Part shown: positions 17,642 through 26,637 of the stretch, one piece after another
Position numbering within the stretch: position 1 is the first letter of the stretch
Layout of the letters: each line of letters opens with the position of its first letter
Assembly (NCBI GenBank): GCA_034428715.1
Contig: DAOUHE010000290.1
Coordinates: 988 to 64,987 of the forward strand
Direction of reading: 5' to 3'
DNA from: Dehalococcoidia bacterium
Lineage (GTDB): Bacteria > Chloroflexota > Dehalococcoidia > Lucifugimonadales > UBA3495
DNA length: 64,000 nt
The notes under the pieces: model-generated
What the model saw: only the letters and a program-made list of their open reading frames with translations
Databases searched by the model: none
What the model was told of the DNA's origin: nothing
Made by a program: the position numbers and the translations under genes

Positions 17642-17869
17642 ATGTTGGATTGGTCTTTATGTCCAGAGGTCGAGCGTGACCCCTTGCGCCTGGGGGGTGC
17701 CTGGGTGTTTCGCGGCACCCGCGTTCCGGTTTTGGCTCTCTTTGAAAATCTGGAGGATGGAGTCCAGATAGCTCAGTTCGTGGAGTGGTTCCAAGGTGTC
17801 AATATCGAGCAGGCGCGTGGAGTTCTCGACCATGCAGCCAAAAGCCTGGCGGTGTCCCAGGCCGTCTGA
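17642..17869 (+). CDS. DUF433 domain protein (antitoxin-like)
   Basis: 75 aa. LGGAWVFRGTRVPVLALFENLEDG matches the DUF433 core. Confidence 0.7.
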   Translation: MLDWSLCPEVERDPLRLGGAWVFRGTRVPVLALFENLEDGVQIAQFVEWFQGVNIEQARGVLDHAAKSLAVSQAV

Positions 17870-18214
17870 GTGCGCATACTTTTCGATCAGGGAACACCGG
17901 TACCCCTGCGCGAATACCTGACCCAACATCAAGTGGAAACAGCCTTCGAGCGGGGTTGGAGTACCTTGACCAACGGCGAGTTGCTGGCAAGGGCGGAGCA
18001 AAAAGGCTTCGAAATATCCCTCACAACCGACCGGAACCTGAGCTACCAGCAGAACTTGGGTGCCCTAAGTATCGCCATCGTCGTTCTCTCCTCTACCAGT
18101 TGGCCTCGCATCCAAAAAGCGGCAGCGGCGAGAACCCAAACCATTGATTCGACCGTGCCTGGCAGTTTCCAAGAGGTGGACATCCCATGGGTCCCGCCAC
18201 TATGCTTGCCGTGA
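17870..18214 (+). CDS. DUF5615 (PIN-like / Mut7-C-like) protein, putative toxin partner of DUF433
   Basis: A GTG start immediately follows the DUF433 stop. MRILFDQGTPVPLREYL...LTTDRNL. Confidence 0.65.
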   Translation: MRILFDQGTPVPLREYLTQHQVETAFERGWSTLTNGELLARAEQKGFEISLTTDRNLSYQQNLGALSIAIVVLSSTSWPRIQKAAAARTQTIDSTVPGSFQEVDIPWVPPLCLP

Positions 18215-18216
18215 AG

Positions 18217-18344
18217 GAAGAGAAGGTCACCATGGCCAGCGGGTCCAGTTGGTGTCTTGCGACGGTGATGCCGGATTATCCCTGCCTCAATTCAGGCTAA
18301 CCCGCGAGCTCCCCGCCGGACAGGTCTGGCAGCATTCGTTGTAG
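18217..18344 (+). pseudogene. Displaced, frameshifted duplicate of the 3' end of the DUF35 gene
   Basis: The segment aligns to 17445..17572. Compare RVQLVSCDGDAGLSLPQFRLTRELPAGQVWQHSL with RVEVVFYDGEAGFSLPQFRLTGEPPTGQVWRHSV. There is an upstream frameshift and no N-terminal part. Confidence 0.75.
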
Positions 18345-18488
18345 CCCCGGCCTATCGAATTTCTCCAACATTCCATTTTGCGTAACCCTAATTAAACCAC
18401 CGGTGCGGTGAACAGTGACCGGTTTGCGTTATGAAAATAAGTGCCGGAGAATTCCAACATAGGATGACACAGGGGTGGTGAAGTTCAA

Positions 18489-19229
18489 ATGAACCAGCAA
18501 GAGATTGATTCGTTCTCGCAAGAAGTTGTGGAGAAACTGAAGACCTACGTCTATAGATTGAATGACCCGCGAAATGGCGAGACCTTCTATATCGGGAAGG
18601 GCCAGGGTAATCGCGTGTTTGCGCACATCCGCGACGAGCAGAACCTAAAAGGCGATGAACTTGACAACAAACTAACGCGCATCCGGGAGATACACGTCGC
18701 AGGCTTTGAAGTAGCGCACGTTACTCATCGCCACGGAATGGATGACAAGACTGCCATCGTGGTTGAGGCGGCACTCATTGATGCATACCCAGGGCTGATG
18801 AACTCAGCCGGCGGAATTGGAAGTAACGCATACGGGGCGAGACACGCACGGGAGATTGTCAACACCTATGGCGCCAAGCAGGCCGTTTTCAAGCACAAAG
18901 CAGTGTTGATCAACGTCAATAGAAGCGCCGTTGAGGCCTCATCTTTGTATGAAGCGACGCGTTACGCTTGGAGGATAAACAAGTCCAAGGCGGAGAAAGC
19001 TGAAGTCATTCTCTCCACCGTTCGAGGTCTAATCAAAGAGGCATTCGTCGCGCACGACTGGTTGGAAGCGACAGCAGAAAACTTCCCAGGACGCGAAACC
19101 GTGTCCGGGCGTTTTGGCTTTGCGGGGGCGGCGGCCCCCGACCACATTAAGAAGCTGTACGTAGGTAAGCGCGTGCCTGATAAATACCGCAAGCGTGGCG
19201 CGTCTTATCCGATCAAGTACACCTGGTAG
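18489..19229 (+). CDS. GIY-YIG nuclease-domain protein with an uncharacterised C-terminal domain
   Basis: 246 aa. YVYRLNDPRNGETFYIGKGQGNRVFAH supplies the GIY, YIG and Arg motifs, and VVEAALIDAY a candidate catalytic Glu. I did not recognise residues ~110-246. Confidence 0.7.
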   Translation: MNQQEIDSFSQEVVEKLKTYVYRLNDPRNGETFYIGKGQGNRVFAHIRDEQNLKGDELDNKLTRIREIHVAGFEVAHVTHRHGMDDKTAIVVEAALIDAYPGLMNSAGGIGSNAYGARHAREIVNTYGAKQAVFKHKAVLINVNRSAVEASSLYEATRYAWRINKSKAEKAEVILSTVRGLIKEAFVAHDWLEATAENFPGRETVSGRFGFAGAAAPDHIKKLYVGKRVPDKYRKRGASYPIKYTW

Positions 19230-19329
19230 AATATATTGGTTGAGGCATGTGATGCCCGCCATCCTATGATTGAAACCGAAACTTTTTTTGACCCGTGCTT
19301 CCTACTACAACTTACAGCGAGGTTACCAG

Positions 19330-19548
19330 ATGCCAGCAAACGCCAAATCACTTGGCATTGACCGCCTTAGCCTGGCCGAACGCATCTTACTCGTAGAAGA
19401 GATATGGGATGGTATTGCAGATGAGGCCGATGCAATAGAAGTCCCTCAGTCCCATAAGGACGAACTCGACCGCCGGATTGCGGAGCATGCCGCCGATCCG
19501 AACTCCGGAGCGAGTTGGGAGCACGTTAAAAACCAGATGGATAAGTAG
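19330..19548 (+). CDS. Addiction-module antitoxin component (TIGR02574-like), orphan
   Basis: LSLAERILLVEEIWDGIADEADAIEVPQSHKDELDRRIAEH...SWEHVK. No RelE/ParE toxin ORF is adjacent. Confidence 0.65.
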   Translation: MPANAKSLGIDRLSLAERILLVEEIWDGIADEADAIEVPQSHKDELDRRIAEHAADPNSGASWEHVKNQMDK

Positions 19549-19583
19549 CGAATATCCGCGACTTGACGACGAGGCGACCATCA

Positions 19584-19826
19584 ATGTTAACCAAATATAT
19601 ACAGACTGCCCTACGCCAGGCCAAATATGAGATTTTGGATGACGACGGCTCATTCTATGGAGAAATTCCCTCCTGCAACGGAGTTTACGCCAACGCCGCC
19701 ACCCTTGAAGAATGCCGTGAGCAAATAGAAGAGGTACTGGAGGAGTGGATCTTATTCCGAGTCTTCAAGAATCTCCCCTTGCCGGTGGTTAACGGAGTCG
19801 AGTTAACCATCAGAGAAATTGCTTAG
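19584..19826 (+). CDS. hicB: HicB-like antitoxin (UPF0150 type)
   Basis: 80 aa. YEILDDDGSFYGEIPSCNGVYANAATLEECREQIEEVLEEWI. Confidence 0.65.
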   Translation: MLTKYIQTALRQAKYEILDDDGSFYGEIPSCNGVYANAATLEECREQIEEVLEEWILFRVFKNLPLPVVNGVELTIREIA

Positions 19827-20044
19827 TGCCCCGTTTTGGTCCAATCACACGTCAGGATCTGATCAGGTATTTTCGACTCTTGGAATTTGAAGGCCCGTAC
19901 TCTGGTGGCAGGCATCAGTTCATGGCCAAGGATGACATCACCATCTGGATTCCTAACCCGCACCGAGGGGATATCGGAAGAGACCTACTCTCGAGGATAC
20001 TACGCCAAGCACACATCAGCCGGGATGACTGGGAAAATCTCTAG
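19826..20044 (+). CDS. hicA: HicA-like mRNA interferase toxin
   Basis: 72 aa. The GTG start shares one nucleotide with the hicB stop. GGRHQFMAKDDITIWIPNPHRGDIGRDLLSRILRQAHIS. Confidence 0.65.
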   Translation: MPRFGPITRQDLIRYFRLLEFEGPYSGGRHQFMAKDDITIWIPNPHRGDIGRDLLSRILRQAHISRDDWENL

Positions 20045-20092
20045 AGGGATTTGTGGCGCCCGATCATCCGCCCCAGACTGAAGGAGCCCTAA

Positions 20093-20446
20093 TTGGTAAA
20101 ACTCATAAGTTTCGACATCGATGGCACGCTGGAATTCGGTGACCCGCCGGGACCCATAACCCTGGAAATGGTGCGGAATGCCCGGGATTTGGGATATATC
20201 ATCGGAAGTTGCTCCGACAGGACGGTCAGCAATCAAAACCGCCTTTGGACTGAGCACAGCGTATCCGTCGCCTTTACGGTATTAAAGCACCAATTGGGAG
20301 AAGTTAAGGCCCAGTTTTTGGCCGAGGAATACTATCACATCGGTGATACAGATTTGGACGAGTACTATTCGGTAAAAGCCGGGTTTTCGTTCCTACGGGC
20401 CAACGCGTCTGCTTCCTTGGTGTTAGGATTGAACGCCCCCACCTGA
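20093..20446 (+). CDS. Small HAD-superfamily hydrolase
   Basis: A TTG start is preceded by AAGGAG. Motif I is FDIDGTLEF and the late motif is GDTDLD. Confidence 0.6.
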   Translation: MVKLISFDIDGTLEFGDPPGPITLEMVRNARDLGYIIGSCSDRTVSNQNRLWTEHSVSVAFTVLKHQLGEVKAQFLAEEYYHIGDTDLDEYYSVKAGFSFLRANASASLVLGLNAPT

Positions 20447-20500
20447 TTCTTCTTGACCACCATCCCCAATTGGCAAAAAATCTTGATGCGGGAAATTGGC

Positions 20501-21622
20501 ATGACAAGCCCGGAAGTAGTAGTGATAGGCGCCGGTGTGGTAGGTGCGTCGATCGGGTATCACCTGGCTAAATCAGGGGTGCCAGTGGCCATTATCGACC
20601 GTGACCACCCTGGGTCCCGGACATCGAAGGTATCATTCGCGTGGATCAACGCGTTGGGTAAGCGGCCGCAGCACTACCACCATTTCAGCCGGTTAGCGGT
20701 GGATGCCTACACCCCATTGCTGGAAGAGCTGGGCCCCAACTCCGGCATCGGCGAGGGCGGAGGGCTCCACTGGCCGGCGCCAGGAGACCAGGGTGTAGCG
20801 GACATACGACGCTTGGCCTCGGAACTGGACGATCTGGACTATCCCTACCAAATGCTGACACGCCAAGAAGCCGCGGAATTGGAACCCAATTTTCACGTTG
20901 ACAGTATCGAGGGCCCAATTTTATACGCCCCCATCGAGCGTTGGGCCGATGGCGACCTGCTGGCTCGCTCTCTTGTGGAAGGTGCCGCCAACAATGGGGC
21001 CATGGTGATAGCGCCATGCTCGGTCAGGGAAATAGTCGCCCAGGGCGGCAAGGTGACCGGCGTATCCACCGCCAGCGGATTCATACCGGCGGCCACCGTG
21101 GTAGTCGCCTCTGGCAACGCCTCCGTGGGGCTGCTGGCACCTTTGGGGTACCAGTTGCCGTTGGACCGGGTGGTCGGAGTACTGGCAGTAGTGTCCGCCC
21201 CTTCGGACCTGGTAAAAAGAGTGCTGTACCCTGGGCAGTATCACATACGCCCAATGACCGGCGGCCGTGTGGCAATTGGATCGCGAGAGATGGATTTTTT
21301 GGCCGACGAAGACACAGATGCCTCCGGCCCGCCTTCTTGGGCTGACCAGTTGTTAAGGATGGCCCAGCAGGACTGCCCGCGCTTGGAATCAGCCCGGGTT
21401 GAGGAGCTACGTGTGGGAGCAAGGCCTATGCCCAGCGACGGACTGCCGATCATAGGGTACGTTCCAGGGGTAGAAGGCGCTTATGTAGCCACGATGCACA
21501 GCGGCGTTTCCTTGGCTACCATCGTGGGCCAAACCGTCACGGAGGAGATAACTTTAGGGCGAGCGCCCGCCCTGCTTGAACCATACCGCCCAGTGCGATT
21601 CGCCGGCGCAGACTACCTCTGA
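20501..21622 (+). CDS. FAD-dependent oxidoreductase (DAO / glycine-oxidase-like)
   Basis: VVVIGAGVVGASIGYHLAKSGVPVAIIDR dinucleotide-binding motif. The start is taken at MTSPE. Confidence 0.8.
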   Translation: MTSPEVVVIGAGVVGASIGYHLAKSGVPVAIIDRDHPGSRTSKVSFAWINALGKRPQHYHHFSRLAVDAYTPLLEELGPNSGIGEGGGLHWPAPGDQGVADIRRLASELDDLDYPYQMLTRQEAAELEPNFHVDSIEGPILYAPIERWADGDLLARSLVEGAANNGAMVIAPCSVREIVAQGGKVTGVSTASGFIPAATVVVASGNASVGLLAPLGYQLPLDRVVGVLAVVSAPSDLVKRVLYPGQYHIRPMTGGRVAIGSREMDFLADEDTDASGPPSWADQLLRMAQQDCPRLESARVEELRVGARPMPSDGLPIIGYVPGVEGAYVATMHSGVSLATIVGQTVTEEITLGRAPALLEPYRPVRFAGADYL

Positions 21623-21686
21623 GAATCTGCTATAGATGTTTAGCAATCTTTATTAAATTACTCGAACACCCGGCAACGCTGGGAGC

Positions 21687-22700
21687 CTAGCCGGATGAAC
21701 TCCCGCCGGCTTCTCGTTTTCCCACCGGGCCTACCCCGTTTTCACCTTGTCCGAGGATCTCGGCATCAATTTGCTGCTCCGGGGGCTGCTCTGGCCCGGG
21801 TGGCGGATAGATTCGGCCCTCGTCGGCGGCTACCGCTCCCTCCATAGCTTGGATAGCTACTTCGATCTGGCCATCGTCGGGCACCCTGGTGGTGAGTTTC
21901 TGCAGCAGTAGTCCGGGCCCGGCTACAGCCCTGCCGATCAACCCTTGTTGGTGCGCCCCCGCATACCTGATGATCTCGTAGCTGATGCCGGCCACCAGCG
22001 GGATCAGGGCGATACGGGAGATGATCCGCCACTCCAGGGGCGGCCGGGGGAACAAGGCAAAGACCAAGATGGACACCAGCAGCACGGTCAACAAGAACGC
22101 GGTGCCGCAACGCGGGTGGGGCGTGCTGAATTTCCGCACATTTTCCACGATCAACGGCAAGCCAGCTTCAAAAGTGTGCACGGCCATGTGCTCTGCGCCG
22201 TGATAGGCGAAAACACGTTTGATATCACGAAAAAGGCCGATACCCCCGACGTAAGCCACCAGGAAGACTAGCCTGATGGCTCCTTCAACCAGGTTGCTCA
22301 GCTGGTCCCAGGGGATGAACGGGTCTAGCGCGCGGACGATTAACAGCGGGCCCAGGAAGAAGATGGCGATTCCCAACGATAACGAAAAGGCGATTGCGCC
22401 GGCCATAAACCAGCCGGACAACTCTTGGTCCCCTCCATCTTGATCGTCAACCGCTGCCATGGAAGCCGATTTATTTAAGGCCTTCATACCAAGCATCAGG
22501 GTTTCCAAGAGCACCACCACACCCCTGACCAGGGGGACACGCCGTACGCCACCGGTGAACAAACTGTTCAGCGGCTCGCTGTGGTAAAAGATCCTGCCGT
22601 CCTGGCGGCGCACGGCCAGGCTCAAGAACCGCCTGCCACGTATCATCACGCCTTCGATGACCGCTTGCCCGCCGTAGGTGAAACGAGTTTGGTCGGCCAA
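21687..22700 (-). CDS. DUF1385 (YqhQ-like) membrane protein
   Basis: YGGQAVIEGVMIRG ... YHGAEHMAVHTFE ... HPRCGTAFLL. Confidence 0.8.
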   Translation of the reverse strand: MADQTRFTYGGQAVIEGVMIRGRRFLSLAVRRQDGRIFYHSEPLNSLFTGGVRRVPLVRGVVVLLETLMLGMKALNKSASMAAVDDQDGGDQELSGWFMAGAIAFSLSLGIAIFFLGPLLIVRALDPFIPWDQLSNLVEGAIRLVFLVAYVGGIGLFRDIKRVFAYHGAEHMAVHTFEAGLPLIVENVRKFSTPHPRCGTAFLLTVLLVSILVFALFPRPPLEWRIISRIALIPLVAGISYEIIRYAGAHQQGLIGRAVAGPGLLLQKLTTRVPDDGQIEVAIQAMEGAVAADEGRIYPPPGPEQPPEQQIDAEILGQGENGVGPVGKREAGGSSSG

Positions 22701-22922
22701 TGGCTAATCCGCTCCTGTTTGACGTTTGGGGATCATGGTGTGGACGCAGGCCTATGTTTTGACCTGCCGGCTTCAACCCAGGCCGGGTTTAACCAGGATA
22801 GCACACAGGTGATACATAGTCGCAGAACAAATGTACACCCCGCCGACGATTCATCGATCGTCGGCGTAGGAATATCGTCACCGAACTAGTGGGGTTTAGC
22901 AGTTCAAACAGGGGGGTGGCGC

Positions 22923-23123
22923 TTAACTGAGGTTATAGCGCCGGCGCAGCCGTTCGATGCGCCCCTGAGTGTCGACGATGCGTTGCTCGCCGGTGTAGAA
23001 GGGATGGCATTTGCTACAGATCTCGATCCGAACGGCGGGTTTAGTCCCACCGGTTTCGAATACGTTGCCGCAAGAACAGGTTACCGTCGAGCGGACGAAT
23101 TTAGGGTGAATGTCTGTTTTCAT
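22923..23123 (-). CDS. rpmE: 50S ribosomal protein L31 (Zn-ribbon type)
   Basis: MKTDIHPKFVRSTVTCSCGNVFETG...CSKCHPFYTG. The longer ORF upstream overlaps rpmA and was not used. Confidence 0.9.
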   Translation of the reverse strand: MKTDIHPKFVRSTVTCSCGNVFETGGTKPAVRIEICSKCHPFYTGEQRIVDTQGRIERLRRRYNLS

Positions 23124-23134
23124 GATTACTACCG

Positions 23135-23407
23135 TTATTTTACTTGTTCGGACCCCACCGGGTACACGCTGACTCGGCACTTTGCCTTGGCGGCCCATTC
23201 GTACTTTACTATGCCGTCGACTTTGGTATACAGGGTGAAGTCCCGTCCCAGTCCGACGTTGGTTCCCGGGAGGATCTTGGTTCCTCTCTGCCTGACCAAG
23301 ATCGAACCTCCGGTGACCTTTTCACCGGCGTAGCATTTGACCCCCAGCATCTTGGGATTACTATCTCGACCGTTGGTGGTGCTTCCTCCGGCTTTCTTGT
23401 GAGCCAT
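23135..23407 (-). CDS. rpmA: 50S ribosomal protein L27
   Basis: [24 protein letters not shown]...[11 protein letters not shown]. Confidence 0.95.
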   Translation of the reverse strand: MAHKKAGGSTTNGRDSNPKMLGVKCYAGEKVTGGSILVRQRGTKILPGTNVGLGRDFTLYTKVDGIVKYEWAAKAKCRVSVYPVGSEQVK

Positions 23408-23808
23408 TAGCCGGTTCCTCCTTGTTCCTCACCTTCGGCCGTCTGGGCGGCTGCGCTCCTAGTCCTTCTACGGGCAGGCGGAGGTGAACTCTGTTCTACT
23501 TGGATGTCTTGGATCATCAAACGGGTGTAATGTTGGCGATGTCCGCGCTTGCGGCGGTAGCGGTTCTTCGCCTTATATTTGAAAACTATAATCTTGCGGT
23601 CCCGGTAATGGGACTGGACTAGTGCGAGCACCTTGGCGCCGTCAACGTAAGGGGCTCCCAGCGTGGTTTCGCCCCCGTCGGAGACCGCCAAAACCTCGGC
23701 GAACTCGGCAACCGAATCCACTGTCAAAGGCAATTTTTCCACATCCAAAAGATCACCCGGCTTAACCCGGTATTGCTTGCCGCCTGTTTTGAAAACTGCG
23801 TAATCCAT
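23407..23808 (-). CDS. rplU: 50S ribosomal protein L21 with a basic/acidic C-terminal extension
   Basis: [19 protein letters not shown] ... [17 protein letters not shown]. Confidence 0.9.
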   Translation of the reverse strand: MDYAVFKTGGKQYRVKPGDLLDVEKLPLTVDSVAEFAEVLAVSDGGETTLGAPYVDGAKVLALVQSHYRDRKIIVFKYKAKNRYRRKRGHRQHYTRLMIQDIQVEQSSPPPARRRTRSAAAQTAEGEEQGGTG

Positions 23809-24029
23809 TCAATCCTCGGCTGTACATTCTAAGACATGGCACTCCTGCCGTCAAGGGAATTTGGCCGCTGATGAGGCTCTGGGAGAGCGTTTACGAGCGT
23901 AAAAACAGTGTCGAATAGCGAGGCTGGTCCACACTTTCAGTTGGTGTATAATAACATCACTTCGAGCATTCTAGCCGCTATTCCATTCGCATAGGTCAAG
24001 CCTCAGATGACCTCAACACCCCTATTGTC

Positions 24030-25700
24030 ATGACGCTTCTGAGTGGCCAACACTTTAAGGATGCGTTCTCTGCCGCCGTTTTGAGCCTGGAGAGCCGGCG
24101 GGACGCCATTAACGCCCTAAACGTCTTCCCCGTCCCTGACGGCGACACCGGCACCAATATGCTATTAACCATGCGCGCGGCGTTGGAAAACGTGGACCAT
24201 TCGCCAGACATCACCGTCGCCAAGTTATTGAGGGGGTTGGCCGACGGCGCTTTTTGGGGCGCCCGGGGCAACAGCGGCGTCATTTTCTCCCAATTCCTGA
24301 CGGGCATGGTAGAAGCCCTTGACTCTACCGATGAATGTTCCGGCGGCGATCTGGAGCGGGCCTTCCGGTTGGGCGCTAATGCCGCTTACAGGTCCGTGGG
24401 AAATCCGGTCGAAGGGACGATGCTCACCGTGTTGAAGTCCCTGGCTCCGGCGGCGGCCTGTGGTCTGGAGCAAGGGGACGCGGACCCGATAGCCCTGTGG
24501 GAAGCCGCTTTCAACGCGTCCAGGGAGGCTCTCGCAAAAACGCCTGAACAACTACCGGTGCTGCGGCAGGCCGGAGTCGTGGATGCCGGAGGCATGGGGG
24601 TGGTGGTGATCCTTGGCGGCGCGCTGGAATACCTCACCGGCCGCGTCCACTTAGATGTCCCGCCGGCAGATCTCGAATCCCCCGCCAAGCTCCGCGAAAC
24701 GATCAGTCTGGGGAGCGGCAACCCGGTTGACTTGGACCACCTGAATGGCTCATTGGGCACGGATTGGGGTTACTGCATTCAGTTCGTGGTTCAGACCGAG
24801 GACGGCCAGGCGCTGGATGCCGAGGAGATTCGTGTGCGGTTGACCTCAGAACGGTCCGAGTCGGCGGTGGTGGCCGGTGGTGGCGGCGCCGTGCGTATCC
24901 ACGTACATGCTCCCAATCCGGCTCCGGTTTTAAGTTACGGTTCGTCGCTGGGCGCACTCCACCAGATCAGCGTGCAAAGCATGGTCCACCAAAACCACGA
25001 CTTCGTGGCAGAACAAGGCGGCAGCGGAACCTTTAAGACCGGCGTGGCCGAGGTGGCCGTCATCGCGGTGGCCACCGGCGACGGGCTCTGCGGACTATTC
25101 CTGGAAACCGGATGCGCCGGCGTGGTCAATGGCGGCCAGTCCATGAACCCCAGCGTCCAAGAACTTTTGGAAGCGGCCCGGGTCTCGGGGGCAAACCACA
25201 CCATATTGCTCCCCAACAACTCGAATGTTGTGCCGGCGGCGCGCCAGGCCGCGGCAGGAAACCCGGGGATCCATGTGGTAGCGTCTAGATCCATTCCCCA
25301 GGGGGTCGCCGCCCTTCTGGCCTTCTTGCCCCACCTACCCTGGGAGGACAACCTGGCTGCCATGGGAGAAGCTATCTCTCCGATCCGGTCCATAGAGGTA
25401 ACCCAGGCGGTTCGCACCGCCGCCATTGGCGGTATGGCGGTAAAATCCGGGCAGTACGTTGCTCTGCTCGACAATGACATTGCCGCTGCCGACGCCACTC
25501 CCGAGGGGGCGTTAAGACTGGCTTTGGATGCGGCGGGTTTGACCGAGGACGGGCTGGTGACGGTTTACGTGGGAGTTGACGGCGGCTGGCGTCAAGCCGA
25601 AGACCTGGCCAACAGCCTTAAGGAAGAGGTGGAGGGCATACAGGTGGATGTGATCTACGGCGGCCAGCCCCATTATCACTACCTGGCGTCTGTGGAATAA
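24030..25700 (+). CDS. DAK2-domain fusion protein (YloV family)
   Basis: LNVFPVPDGDTGTNMLLTM; 556 aa. It sits in the conserved yloV-degV-recG arrangement. Confidence 0.85.
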   Translation: MTLLSGQHFKDAFSAAVLSLESRRDAINALNVFPVPDGDTGTNMLLTMRAALENVDHSPDITVAKLLRGLADGAFWGARGNSGVIFSQFLTGMVEALDSTDECSGGDLERAFRLGANAAYRSVGNPVEGTMLTVLKSLAPAAACGLEQGDADPIALWEAAFNASREALAKTPEQLPVLRQAGVVDAGGMGVVVILGGALEYLTGRVHLDVPPADLESPAKLRETISLGSGNPVDLDHLNGSLGTDWGYCIQFVVQTEDGQALDAEEIRVRLTSERSESAVVAGGGGAVRIHVHAPNPAPVLSYGSSLGALHQISVQSMVHQNHDFVAEQGGSGTFKTGVAEVAVIAVATGDGLCGLFLETGCAGVVNGGQSMNPSVQELLEAARVSGANHTILLPNNSNVVPAARQAAAGNPGIHVVASRSIPQGVAALLAFLPHLPWEDNLAAMGEAISPIRSIEVTQAVRTAAIGGMAVKSGQYVALLDNDIAAADATPEGALRLALDAAGLTEDGLVTVYVGVDGGWRQAEDLANSLKEEVEGIQVDVIYGGQPHYHYLASVE

Positions 25701-25719
25701 GGAATTAGGGTCCGAGACC

Positions 25720-26562
25720 ATGGCGATAAGAATCGTAACCGACAGCTCCGCAGACTTGCCTGCCGAACTGGTCCGGCAACGGCAAATCACCGTGCTGCCC
25801 TCCTACGTGATGATGAACGGGGTTAGTTACCAGGATGGCGTAAACCTTTTGCACGACGATTTCTACCGGCGGCTTGTTTCAATGGACCACCCGCCAACCA
25901 CGGCCCAGCCGTCGATCTCCGATTTCCAATCCGCCTATTCCGCCCTTCTGGAAGAAGGCCACCAGATACTATCCATCCATCTATCGGGCAAGCTCAGCGG
26001 AACGTTGAATTCGGCCGAGCAGGCCAAATCCGCGTTGGGAGCCGACGCGTCGATTCGAATAATCGACTCGCAATTGGCTTCCATCCCCTTGGGCCTGGTA
26101 GCGCTCTCGGCGGCCGAAGCCGCGGAGAACGCGGAGTCGCTTCAGGATCTGAGCGACCACGTAAGAGTTGGGCTGCCGCTGAGCGAAGGGTTCTTTCTTT
26201 TGGACACGCTGGAGTTTCTGGAGAAGGGCGGCCGCATAGGCAAGGCCCAGGCATTTTTAGGGTCCGTATTGCGGGTCAAGCCGATCTTGAAAATTGTCGA
26301 TGGAGAGGCGCACCCGGTAGAACGTCCCAGGACCCAGGCAAGGGCAATGGCCCGCTTGTTGGAACTGGCCAGGCAACTTGCGCCTGCCGAGCGGGTGGCG
26401 GTAATTTACAGCACCGAGGAGGAAGCCGCCCACCACCTGCGCCGCAACCTGGCAGACCTGGCGCCGGAAGAAGAGATCATTATGGCCAGGTTCGGCCCCA
26501 CCTTGGGAACCTACGTCGGCCCCGGCGCATTGGGAATCGCCCTGATCCGGCGGGCCTTGTGA
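25720..26562 (+). CDS. DegV family fatty-acid-binding protein
   Basis: IRIVTDSSADLP ... TTAQPS ... HLSGKLSGT. Confidence 0.85.
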   Translation: MAIRIVTDSSADLPAELVRQRQITVLPSYVMMNGVSYQDGVNLLHDDFYRRLVSMDHPPTTAQPSISDFQSAYSALLEEGHQILSIHLSGKLSGTLNSAEQAKSALGADASIRIIDSQLASIPLGLVALSAAEAAENAESLQDLSDHVRVGLPLSEGFFLLDTLEFLEKGGRIGKAQAFLGSVLRVKPILKIVDGEAHPVERPRTQARAMARLLELARQLAPAERVAVIYSTEEEAAHHLRRNLADLAPEEEIIMARFGPTLGTYVGPGALGIALIRRAL

Positions 26563-26637
26563 CCATAAGTCATTGACCATTCCGGTAATAGGACCCATGT
26601 TGAATTTAAGAGCACGCCTTGGTCAAAGAGGACGTTA

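Noticed and set aside
18144-18344. 66-aa ORF as a real small gene
   Set aside because: Its C-terminal half is the displaced DUF35 gene end. Its N-terminal half overlaps the DUF5615 gene out of frame. I treated it as a remnant.
22845-22868. Perfect 9-bp hairpin (GCCGACGAT-tcatcg-ATCGTCGGC) downstream of rpmE as an intrinsic terminator
   Set aside because: No U-tract follows on the minus strand (...GGGGTGTACATTTG). It may be a stability element or a protein-dependent terminator, but I cannot support a terminator call.
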